Virus record (IMG/VR): IMGVR_UViG_3300017971_002536
Location: 1-64,000 of that record
Direction: 5' to 3' (one strand)
From: a virus
DNA: 64,000 nucleotides
In this document: piece by piece, positions 50,530 to 58,024 of the stretch
Position numbering within the stretch: position 1 is the stretch's first letter
Layout: every line of letters starts with the position of its first letter
The notes under the pieces: model-generated
What the model was told of the DNA's origin: nothing
The model's database searches: none
What the model saw: the letters and a program-made list of their open reading frames with translations, nothing else
Position numbers and translations under genes: made by a program

Positions 50530-50565
50530 AATATACGAAATTTCAGAGTAAATGTCAACTGTTTT
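50530..50565 (-). promoter_or_regulatory. Early sigma70-type promoter
   Basis: AAAACAG-TTGACA(50558-50553)-17 nt ending TTTCG-TATATT(50535-50530). Confidence 0.85.
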
Positions 50566-50570
50566 TTTAA

Positions 50571-51266
50571 TTATTTTGACTTTAGAATAACTATAACTCG
50601 TCCAGTAGAACTTTCAATTATAACTACTTCATGAGTTTTCTCAAATTTTTTCTTCCAATCAATTAATACTTCAGTATGTCCAGGATCTGCTGCAAATGTT
50701 TCGTGTTTTGGAGTTGGATATGTGAACACACAATTTTTACATACTCTCATAATTTCATTAGCTGCTTGATCTTTTAGAGCCGGTGGAATGTGTTCGATTG
50801 TTTCAGTACACCAGCCCCAATCCCATTGATGATCTTCAAAATCTTTCATATCAGTTACATCCATAACATAATCAATTTTTGGACCTGGACGTAAATCTAA
50901 TGATTTATATATTTTTGTTCGTTTTCGTAAATTTCCTTTATACGGTACACTTAATCCAGCTCCAATATCAAGTATAGATTTAGCTTTTGTTTCTTCCGTC
51001 AAATGTATAGTTCTTATATAATCACGATTAAATTTATAATTACCATCTTCGCCAAAATATACAGGTGGAACATACCACAAATAATGACGTATCACTTCCT
51101 CGCCATTACGGTGATGATCAACTGCAGTTTCAGGAAAAATATATTCAAATGTTTCTTCCTCTTTTTTCGGCACGTACTTTAAACGTTGTCTTTTTGGTTC
51201 ATCAGCTACGTCTTCCGCAGCTTGACTATCAAAAAAATCATTCTTTTTCATTTTCAATCTGCCCAT
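50571..51266 (-). CDS. Class I SAM methyltransferase (Methyltransf_11-like)
   Basis: ILDIGAG, SLDL, CTETIEHI, FTYP; N-terminal KKNDFFDS. Confidence 0.85.
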   Translation of the reverse strand: MGRLKMKKNDFFDSQAAEDVADEPKRQRLKYVPKKEEETFEYIFPETAVDHHRNGEEVIRHYLWYVPPVYFGEDGNYKFNRDYIRTIHLTEETKAKSILDIGAGLSVPYKGNLRKRTKIYKSLDLRPGPKIDYVMDVTDMKDFEDHQWDWGWCTETIEHIPPALKDQAANEIMRVCKNCVFTYPTPKHETFAADPGHTEVLIDWKKKFEKTHEVVIIESSTGRVIVILKSK

Positions 51267-51300
51267 GTAACAACTCCTTTATTTATCTTTTTAAATTATT

Positions 51301-51624
51301 TCAACATCCACCCTCAGGATACCTCTTTCCCTCTTTTATTACTCGTATCTCAGAAAGTTCAGGTTTTGGCGGTGGACCTGGACGCGAAGTAGGTACATTC
51401 GCTTTCCTTCGTCGTTCCCACTCCATAAAACCTTGTATTCCGGTTAACTTACTATCTCCACCACATTCTCTACATAAATAAAAATGACGATTGTATATAA
51501 GCGCCCAGTGGCCGCGTTCTCGGCGAAATTCTTCACCACATAAACAACACTTGTGCCATATAAATAATGGGAATATACGACCAATACAAGTTATTATTTG
51601 TGGTTTTTCTACTTGTCTTTTCAT
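51301..51624 (-). CDS. Zn-binding hypothetical protein
   Basis: CCLC..CREC. Confidence 0.55.
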   Translation of the reverse strand: MKRQVEKPQIITCIGRIFPLFIWHKCCLCGEEFRRERGHWALIYNRHFYLCRECGGDSKLTGIQGFMEWERRRKANVPTSRPGPPPKPELSEIRVIKEGKRYPEGGC

Positions 51625-51627
51625 AAC

Positions 51628-53022
51628 TTACCCCAATCCATCTACTTTCATTTCGTTTATCTTCTCGGCGAGTAACATCTTTTGAACCTTTTCGCCACTC
51701 TCCATTGATTTCTTTGTTTTCTTTCCCTCATCGGTCTTTTCATCAAAAATTTGTACCTTTCCATTCGACGCATCCATCTTTGACGGAAATACAAATCCAT
51801 CCGGACCAAACCTATTCTTTATTACGTGAATACGACCTGTGTGAGCAATCTTGTCTTTCGTCTTTCTTTGAAGTGATATAACAAAGTCGGCGATCATTAT
51901 CTTTCCAAAACTCTCACTTATTCGTCCCGCTTCAATGTGATCATCTTCAAGAGCAGACCTGTTAGCCTGTGACGCTGTCCATAATGGACATTCCATTTCA
52001 CCTGCTAAACCTCTTAGATTTTCAAATATACTATCCAACTCAAATCGTTTTTCTGTTGTCTTATATCCACTACTTGTATCTTTTAGTAAGTCGCCGTAAT
52101 CAACCACAATCATGTCAGGCTTAAATCCAAATCCCTCACATCGATTTAAATGTGATCTTAATGTTTCTATTCCTGCCGTCTTTGTTGGAAAATACTTTAC
52201 AATCAAGTTACCACGTAACTTTTCTATTTGTTTGTATACATCGTCTTGATGAAATTTTATGTCTTGTGACCCAAATCCCGTAATATTAGCATCATATCTC
52301 AAACCAACATAATCTTCATTTAACTCTAATGTATAATGTACTACATTCTTTCCTTTCGATACTGCGTACGCACCAATGGCGACCAATAACCACGATTTAC
52401 CTAATCCTGCTGGAGCAACCACGATTCCCATTTCTCCATTTCCAATACCACCATCAGTTATCTCGTTTAATATATCCCACGGTAATGGAATAACACTTCT
52501 CAATGTGTCAGTTACTCGTCGTTGAAAATATTCTTCCTCTTTGTATATTACACCTATATCTCTCGTTGTTCCTGCTTTCAAGGCTTGATCTATTACATTT
52601 CTCGCCTCTTCATATTTTTTAATGTTAACCAAATCAACGGCGTCAAATAATGCCAGTTTCATTGTTTGATCTTTAGCAAAATTTAAAAAATTCTCTTGTA
52701 CATAATCTAAGTCGGGTGATTCGAAATTCAAATATACATTCTTTAAATTCTCTATTATGGTTTTTTTCATCACCTCTGATGTTACTCTTTTTTCTAACTC
52801 AGTCTTAAAAACTTCCATTGTTGGCGGTTTTTTGTATTCACCAAAATACTCTTTTATGACCTTTACTAACCATTTATTAGCGTCTGAATCATAATATTTT
52901 TCTTCCACAATATCATTTATTTGTTCTAAAAATTTGGGATTTTTAACTAATGTAGTTATGGTTTTTGTTTGAAATGAAGTTCCAAATTGAGTTAGAGTAT
53001 CAAAATCTTTGTCCATAGGCAA
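51628..53022 (-). CDS. gp41: Replicative DnaB/gp41-like helicase
   Basis: APAGLGKS, YTLEL, VVDYGD, TASQANR, KNRFG. Confidence 0.93.
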   Translation of the reverse strand: MPMDKDFDTLTQFGTSFQTKTITTLVKNPKFLEQINDIVEEKYYDSDANKWLVKVIKEYFGEYKKPPTMEVFKTELEKRVTSEVMKKTIIENLKNVYLNFESPDLDYVQENFLNFAKDQTMKLALFDAVDLVNIKKYEEARNVIDQALKAGTTRDIGVIYKEEEYFQRRVTDTLRSVIPLPWDILNEITDGGIGNGEMGIVVAPAGLGKSWLLVAIGAYAVSKGKNVVHYTLELNEDYVGLRYDANITGFGSQDIKFHQDDVYKQIEKLRGNLIVKYFPTKTAGIETLRSHLNRCEGFGFKPDMIVVDYGDLLKDTSSGYKTTEKRFELDSIFENLRGLAGEMECPLWTASQANRSALEDDHIEAGRISESFGKIMIADFVISLQRKTKDKIAHTGRIHVIKNRFGPDGFVFPSKMDASNGKVQIFDEKTDEGKKTKKSMESGEKVQKMLLAEKINEMKVDGLG

Positions 53023-53025
53023 TCA

Positions 53026-54069
53026 CTACTCCTTTGAAGTTTTAGCAAATGTATTTAGTTTATTAAAATTCAGGTTCAACCATGAATCAATGTTTGGGAT
53101 GGCACTATAAAGTTTATCTTCCAAGAACAATCTTTTAAGTTGATACCTATTGATTGTACTAACAGGTTCGTCTAAAAGTTCCCTGATTTTAACTTTTGTT
53201 GTACCACTAATTTCTACTTCGCCTAACTTCATTAACTTAAAATTCATCTTTAGTTGTTCTTCGTTTTCCATGATTAATCGGGCGGCTGTGTTCTTTCCGG
53301 GTTGACGATTCGCATACTCCAAAATACTCTCCAATGAAACCTTTTCTTCGTCTAATAATATAGGTAAATGTTTTTGTGCTGTCTTTAATCCTATTCCCTT
53401 TATTCCTGGTATATTATCACTTGAGTCGCCATCTAAAATACGAAAATATATGAGATTCTTTGGCGAAAAATGATAATCTTCCTTGACTGCCTTTTCGTCG
53501 TATAACTTCTTTTTTGTTGGATTCCATACCTTTATCCTATCATCGACAAGTTGTAAAAAATCCTTGTCCGTTGACATTATTACTACTTCCTCTTTCAATA
53601 ACTCCTTTGATACATACGAAATAACATCGTCAGCTTCTATGTTATCATAAATAAACATTTGTAAAGGTAAGTTGTCTAAATAATCTGCTGACCTACTTAT
53701 TTGTCTACTCGCTTCGTCAACTTCCTCATCGGGTGTGTGAAAATCGTATGTACGATTTAACCTTACTCGTAAACCTGTTCTATGTGCTTTGTAGTCGGGA
53801 TAAATTTTTCGACGGCGAGCTGATCCGCCTTTTCCATCAAATACCACGATACAACGTGTAGGATTTATCGTGCGGATACCAACTGCTATTGTGTTCAGGA
53901 AGCCGACAATACCACCTATATGTGTACCATCGTCATTCATTGCGGGATTTACCGAAAACGCTCTAATGAAATTATTTAAACCATCGATTAATAAAACTTT
54001 TGAGTTGAGTGATTTGGCGTTTTCGTTTTCTTGTTTAATTTCTTCTAATAGATTATCGATATTAACCAT
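53026..54069 (-). CDS. rnh: 5'-3' exonuclease / T4 RNase H (FEN-like)
   Basis: LIDGLN, VVFDG, YKAHR, EADD, STDKDFLQL, GDSSDNIPGIKGIG.KTA. Confidence 0.93.
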   Translation of the reverse strand: MVNIDNLLEEIKQENENAKSLNSKVLLIDGLNNFIRAFSVNPAMNDDGTHIGGIVGFLNTIAVGIRTINPTRCIVVFDGKGGSARRRKIYPDYKAHRTGLRVRLNRTYDFHTPDEEVDEASRQISRSADYLDNLPLQMFIYDNIEADDVISYVSKELLKEEVVIMSTDKDFLQLVDDRIKVWNPTKKKLYDEKAVKEDYHFSPKNLIYFRILDGDSSDNIPGIKGIGLKTAQKHLPILLDEEKVSLESILEYANRQPGKNTAARLIMENEEQLKMNFKLMKLGEVEISGTTKVKIRELLDEPVSTINRYQLKRLFLEDKLYSAIPNIDSWLNLNFNKLNTFAKTSKE

Positions 54070-54085
54070 TTTATTATGTCCTTTA

Positions 54086-54685
54086 TTAGAGTAAAAGTTT
54101 TTTCAAATTTTTATTAAAATGATTGATCAACTTTAAAGAATTTGTCGTATCTCTCCACATAAAATAATGTTCTTCACATCCAGCATACCATTGTGTTATT
54201 TCTTTTACTCTACATGGATCACGGGTAATATTACCAATAAAAACTGTCCAAAATGGTAAAACATCATTTCCAAGATTACCCTCACTTTTTAATATTTTTA
54301 ATAATCCAGGTGTAAAATATTTACATGATCTTTCGTGAGCATTTCCACGACCATCTTGGCGTTTTCCGCCCTCAACCCAACCATCTTGTCGTTTTACTTC
54401 CACATAAATTGTTTTTTGAGTTTGAGTATTATCAATAGCGTAATCTGGCACGATTCCATGTGTCTCAATCTTTTCTTCTGGAATATAAATTTCTTCTAAT
54501 ACCTTTTTATCAAGTTCTACATCAACATAAATATTCGTGAATTCTTGCGGACTTTCTCGTATCACAAATTTTGTGTTTTTAAATTCTTGTAAAAAAACAT
54601 TATAAAAATCGTGTTCAGCTATTTTTGCTTTTTTTCCACTATTTTTTTGCCAAGTAGATCTGTTTTTTAATTCTTTTGAGCCCAC
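54086..54685 (-). CDS. munIR: MunI-family type II restriction endonuclease (predicted C^AATTG); no adjacent DNA methyltransferase
   Basis: PDYAI..YVEVKRQDGWVEG..GRGNAHERSCK.FTPGLL..LPFW.VF.G.ITRDP.R..EIT.WY..YFMWR matches R.MunI as I recall it along the full length; GTG start. Confidence 0.9.
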   Translation of the reverse strand: MGSKELKNRSTWQKNSGKKAKIAEHDFYNVFLQEFKNTKFVIRESPQEFTNIYVDVELDKKVLEEIYIPEEKIETHGIVPDYAIDNTQTQKTIYVEVKRQDGWVEGGKRQDGRGNAHERSCKYFTPGLLKILKSEGNLGNDVLPFWTVFIGNITRDPCRVKEITQWYAGCEEHYFMWRDTTNSLKLINHFNKNLKKLLL

Positions 54686-54695
54686 AAAAACCTTT

Positions 54696-55100
54696 CTAAG
54701 TTGTTTTGTATTTACTCACTATCTTTTGTAAGAAACGAGTTCTGTCGGATAATCTTTTCCAATCATATTCCCAAATAACTTCAATATTGTAACCATTTTC
54801 TTCAGCAGATTTGATTTTCTCTTTATCCTTTTCCCATTTTTCCCAAGCATACCTTTTCTTTACCTTGTCATAAAAATCAGGTGGATAAATGTTTTTGTTG
54901 TAGTGCCACCGATCTCCATTATACTCAATGATTAAATTTAATTCCTTTATGAATATATCATATGGAACGCCATCAAGCATAAATTCATTACGAACCTTAC
55001 AGCCGAGTTTTCGAAGTGTCTTAAACACTTCACTGTGACCCTGACTCATTGTCGTTGACCGTCGAACTTTTCTCTTTTTACCACGTTTCTTCTTTTTCAA
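54696..55100 (-). CDS. Vsr/DUF559-like endonuclease (free-standing homing endonuclease-like)
   Basis: YDIFI..IIEYNGDRWH..DKEK..GYNIEVIWE; basic N-terminus; TTG start. Confidence 0.8.
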   Translation of the reverse strand: MKKKKRGKKRKVRRSTTMSQGHSEVFKTLRKLGCKVRNEFMLDGVPYDIFIKELNLIIEYNGDRWHYNKNIYPPDFYDKVKKRYAWEKWEKDKEKIKSAEENGYNIEVIWEYDWKRLSDRTRFLQKIVSKYKTT

Positions 55101-55102
55101 TA

Positions 55103-55161
55103 TGAATAATCCCGATATGAGTTCTACTATATATAAATAGTGTTCAAATCGGGATTATTCA
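55103..55161 (-). promoter_or_regulatory. RBS-sequestering hairpin with the TATTTATA motif in its loop
   Basis: 14-bp perfect inverted repeat tgaataatcccgat/atcgggattattca; motif at 55132-55139. Confidence 0.7.
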
Positions 55162-55173
55162 CGTTTCTGTTAA

Positions 55174-56316
55174 TTAATCGTCACCAATTATTTCATCAGT
55201 GACTATCATTTCATCCGTACTTAACCCTATGTCCGACTTATCTTTATACTTCATTATTTGAAAATCACAAATCTTGTTGTATAAAAATTCTTTGAATTCG
55301 GGCTCACTTTCAAGTAATTCGCCCCAATTCTTCGTCTCAAATCGTCTTTCCTCTCCCTTGTGATCAACTATTTTAAATCCAGGGTTGGAACGGGAAACTA
55401 AATCATTGTCTTTTAAAATCTCTAACCAATTTTCATAGTCATATATACCCCTGTCAAAATAAATGTCAAAGTCGGCGATCCGGTAGGACGGCCCCATTCG
55501 ATTCTTGATTACTTGAGCTCTCGCTTTGATGCCAATTACTTGTTCTTGTGTTCCTATCTTTTGTTTGATTTGACCCATCGCTTTTAACCGGACACGGATA
55601 GAAGCATGAAACGGCAAACCCTTTCCACCTGAAGTAGTCCAGGGATCACCAAACATTACGCCCATCTTCTGGCGTAACTGATTCGTAAAAATACACACAA
55701 CTCTCTCTTTACCTATCAATCGTGTAATCTTACGAAATGCTGCGGAAACAATTATCGCTTTAGTAGTATTCCAACCCTGCTTCTCATAATCGTTCTCCAT
55801 TTCTAATGAAGTTGAAGCAGCTGCTAATGAATCAACTACAATCACTACAAGTTTGTCCTTGTCGGATTCCCTAATAGTTGTAATTATTTGTTCAATAGTT
55901 TGAAATATTTGTTCCACAGTATCAAGTTGGACATATAACATCTTTTCAACATCTACACCAATCGCTTCTAAAAAATCTTTACTTAAAGCATTTTCAGTGT
56001 CAATATAAACACCTACTCCACCTTTCGCCTGAGCACTCGCTATTGAGTGAGCAGCAAGTAATGACTTTCCACTCGATTCTAAACCATTAAATTCTATTAT
56101 ACGTCCTGTGGGAAGTCCACCATGCGGGCGGTTAGATATTGCTAAATCTAACATCGAACTTCCGGTTGAAATCCAATCAATCACATCAGTTGGTGTATCA
56201 TCACCAATAAAATGGGCTACCTTTCCATCACTTTTGAATTGTTTGTTCAACACATCCGCTAATGAGTGTACAAGATCGCCCTTTAATTCTTCCTTTTCAG
56301 CTTTCTTTTTCGCCAT
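55174..56316 (-). CDS. uvsX: RecA/UvsX recombinase
   Basis: ISTGS..LD, GLESSGKS, YIDTE, VVDS, FTNQLR, TSGGK. Confidence 0.93.
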   Translation of the reverse strand: MAKKKAEKEELKGDLVHSLADVLNKQFKSDGKVAHFIGDDTPTDVIDWISTGSSMLDLAISNRPHGGLPTGRIIEFNGLESSGKSLLAAHSIASAQAKGGVGVYIDTENALSKDFLEAIGVDVEKMLYVQLDTVEQIFQTIEQIITTIRESDKDKLVVIVVDSLAAASTSLEMENDYEKQGWNTTKAIIVSAAFRKITRLIGKERVVCIFTNQLRQKMGVMFGDPWTTSGGKGLPFHASIRVRLKAMGQIKQKIGTQEQVIGIKARAQVIKNRMGPSYRIADFDIYFDRGIYDYENWLEILKDNDLVSRSNPGFKIVDHKGEERRFETKNWGELLESEPEFKEFLYNKICDFQIMKYKDKSDIGLSTDEMIVTDEIIGDD

Positions 56317-56332
56317 TTATCCTCTCCAAAAT

Positions 56333-56358
56333 AAAAAATCGGGGAATAAATCCCCGAT
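56333..56358 (-). terminator. Rho-independent terminator after gp32
   Basis: atcgggga-ataaa-tccccgat with U-tract on the minus strand. Confidence 0.8.
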
Positions 56359-56364
56359 CATATA

Positions 56365-57165
56365 TTAATTTTCGAACATCTTTTTGAATGCGTCTGCAGG
56401 ATTTGCAGCAGGTTTTTCAGCAGTTACTTCCTCTTTTGTTTCCGCAACAGGAGCATCTTGAGTTGTCGTTTCAGTTGTCGTTTCAGTTGTAGTTTCCTTT
56501 TGTTCTTCCGCTGCTTCTTCAGGATTCAAATGTAGTTTCAACGCTTCTTCAAGTTCTTCATATGATTTAAGTTCATACAATTCCTTGATGTCAGGTTGTT
56601 CTTCCGTGATTTTCTTCAATACATCAGGATCTTCCGTGACAGTACTTGGATTTGGTTTAATCCGAACTTTCGGCGTGGCGAATTGTTTACCTTCCTCTTT
56701 CACCGTCCATACAACAATATCACGTCCATTTACAGGATCAGTAATATCACCGTAATCAGGATCAGAGATATGGGAAAGTAAATCTTCATACACAGTTTTA
56801 CCGAATCCCCAAAACTTTACACCTTCATGTTCCTTATCACGAACAATAACAGGAGCAAATGTACGAAGTTTAGGCTCTAAAGAACGTCCAAGTTTCCAAC
56901 TTTCTTTACTACCCTCTTGTTTAAGTTTTTGGGCGATTTCCATAATCGGATCGCGTTCACCAAATGAAGCTGGAGATAAATAAGTTTTATTATTTAACTC
57001 GTAATGAAAATACAATTCGATGAAAGGATTTTCAGGATTGAATTTGTAAGGTACGATACGAACCGTTGTTTCTTTCTCAGAAGGTTTCCAAGTAAGATTT
57101 GATTTTTTGTTGGTTTTCTTTAAGGATTCCAACCGTCCTTTGATTTGTGCTAAGTCTAATGCCAT
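56365..57165 (-). CDS. gp32: Single-stranded DNA-binding protein (gp32-like)
   Basis: WKP..VRIVP, PF.E.YFHY, GVKFWGFGKTVY, YGDITDP..GRD, acidic tail. Confidence 0.85.
   Translation of the reverse strand: MALDLAQIKGRLESLKKTNKKSNLTWKPSEKETTVRIVPYKFNPENPFIELYFHYELNNKTYLSPASFGERDPIMEIAQKLKQEGSKESWKLGRSLEPKLRTFAPVIVRDKEHEGVKFWGFGKTVYEDLLSHISDPDYGDITDPVNGRDIVVWTVKEEGKQFATPKVRIKPNPSTVTEDPDVLKKITEEQPDIKELYELKSYEELEEALKLHLNPEEAAEEQKETTTETTTETTTQDAPVAETKEEVTAEKPAANPADAFKKMFEN
56461..56496. repeat. 3x 12-bp tandem repeat encoding ETTT in the SSB linker
   Basis: agttgtcgtttc x2 plus agttgtagtttc. Confidence 0.85.
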
Positions 57166-57250
57166 GATTCATTCTCCTTCTTTAATCATTGATGTTTAAA
57201 AGTTTAAATTACTCAAGCTACACCGCTTGAGATAACCATTTGTTAAGTTG

Positions 57251-57275
57251 TATAAATATTATACTCTTATAAATA
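57251..57275 (-). promoter_or_regulatory. Two TATTTATA motifs upstream of gp32
   Basis: Plus-strand tataaata at 57251-57258 and 57268-57275. Confidence 0.5.
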
Positions 57276-57306
57276 TGTAAAGTTCCATTATTTTTGAACT
57301 TTTTTC

Positions 57307-57335
57307 TTGACTTTTTCACTTTTTTTTCGTAAATT
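57307..57335 (+). promoter_or_regulatory. Antisense-oriented sigma70-type promoter
   Basis: TTGACT-17 nt ending TTTCG-TAAATT, same architecture as the four early promoters. Confidence 0.5.
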
Positions 57336-57630
57336 ACGGCCAATCAATCCTCATTTCGTTGACCTTTGTATTTACTTCGCCAATAGGTTTTTCCTTTGGT
57401 ACTAAATCATAATGTTTTAACATGATCCTCAATACCATCATAGCTATCTCTCTGTCCTTGTCCTTTTCTTCCTCGTCTAACTCACCATAAGGCTTAAACA
57501 TATCCTCTTTCCATCGTTTTAACCTCTCAGGATTTATTGTCTCAGTTTTCGCTATGTCTTTCGCCCATGACATCCATTGCGCATGTTCTAAATCAGATAA
57601 TTCCTCTAATACTTTTTTCTTAATCTTCAT
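57334..57630 (-). CDS. RyR-domain-like small protein
   Basis: LEHAQWM..KPYGELDEEEKDKDR. Confidence 0.65.
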   Translation of the reverse strand: MKIKKKVLEELSDLEHAQWMSWAKDIAKTETINPERLKRWKEDMFKPYGELDEEEKDKDREIAMMVLRIMLKHYDLVPKEKPIGEVNTKVNEMRIDWP

Positions 57631-58022
57631 TATACGTCTCTTATATCAAAAATTTTAGTTTGTATTTTCTTTAATCCATTTTCATCAGTTACTAATAATG
57701 TGTTTCTAAACTTTGACCAATCTACCTCAAATCTCGGATCAACCTTTCCATCATTTAATAAACTTACTACATGATTTAACGCATTTATAGTGTATAATGT
57801 GTTTGTTTGTTTCTTACGATGTATTGAAATTGTACTTCTTAGGGCTTCGCCAGATGGATCAAACTCTACATTATATGTACATATCAACTCTCGTTTGTTA
57901 TCCAAGTTTTCTAATACATATATCCTACCAAAGGCGATTGTATATGTGTCCAAAATTTCTTCAATCGTTTCTTCTAATTTGTTCTTCCGTGTAAACGTAC
58001 ACAACAGTTGTGTTTTACTCAT
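57630..58022 (-). CDS. Conserved-looking phage hypothetical protein
   Basis: QLLCTF, TYNV, HRKKQTNTLYTINALN; AGGAG RBS. Confidence 0.7.
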   Translation of the reverse strand: MSKTQLLCTFTRKNKLEETIEEILDTYTIAFGRIYVLENLDNKRELICTYNVEFDPSGEALRSTISIHRKKQTNTLYTINALNHVVSLLNDGKVDPRFEVDWSKFRNTLLVTDENGLKKIQTKIFDIRDV

Positions 58023-58024
58023 AA

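Noticed and set aside
50571-51266. Cognate DNA methyltransferase for the MunI homolog
   Set aside because: It lacks DPPY/NPPY or PC motifs and looks like a small-molecule or sugar methyltransferase.
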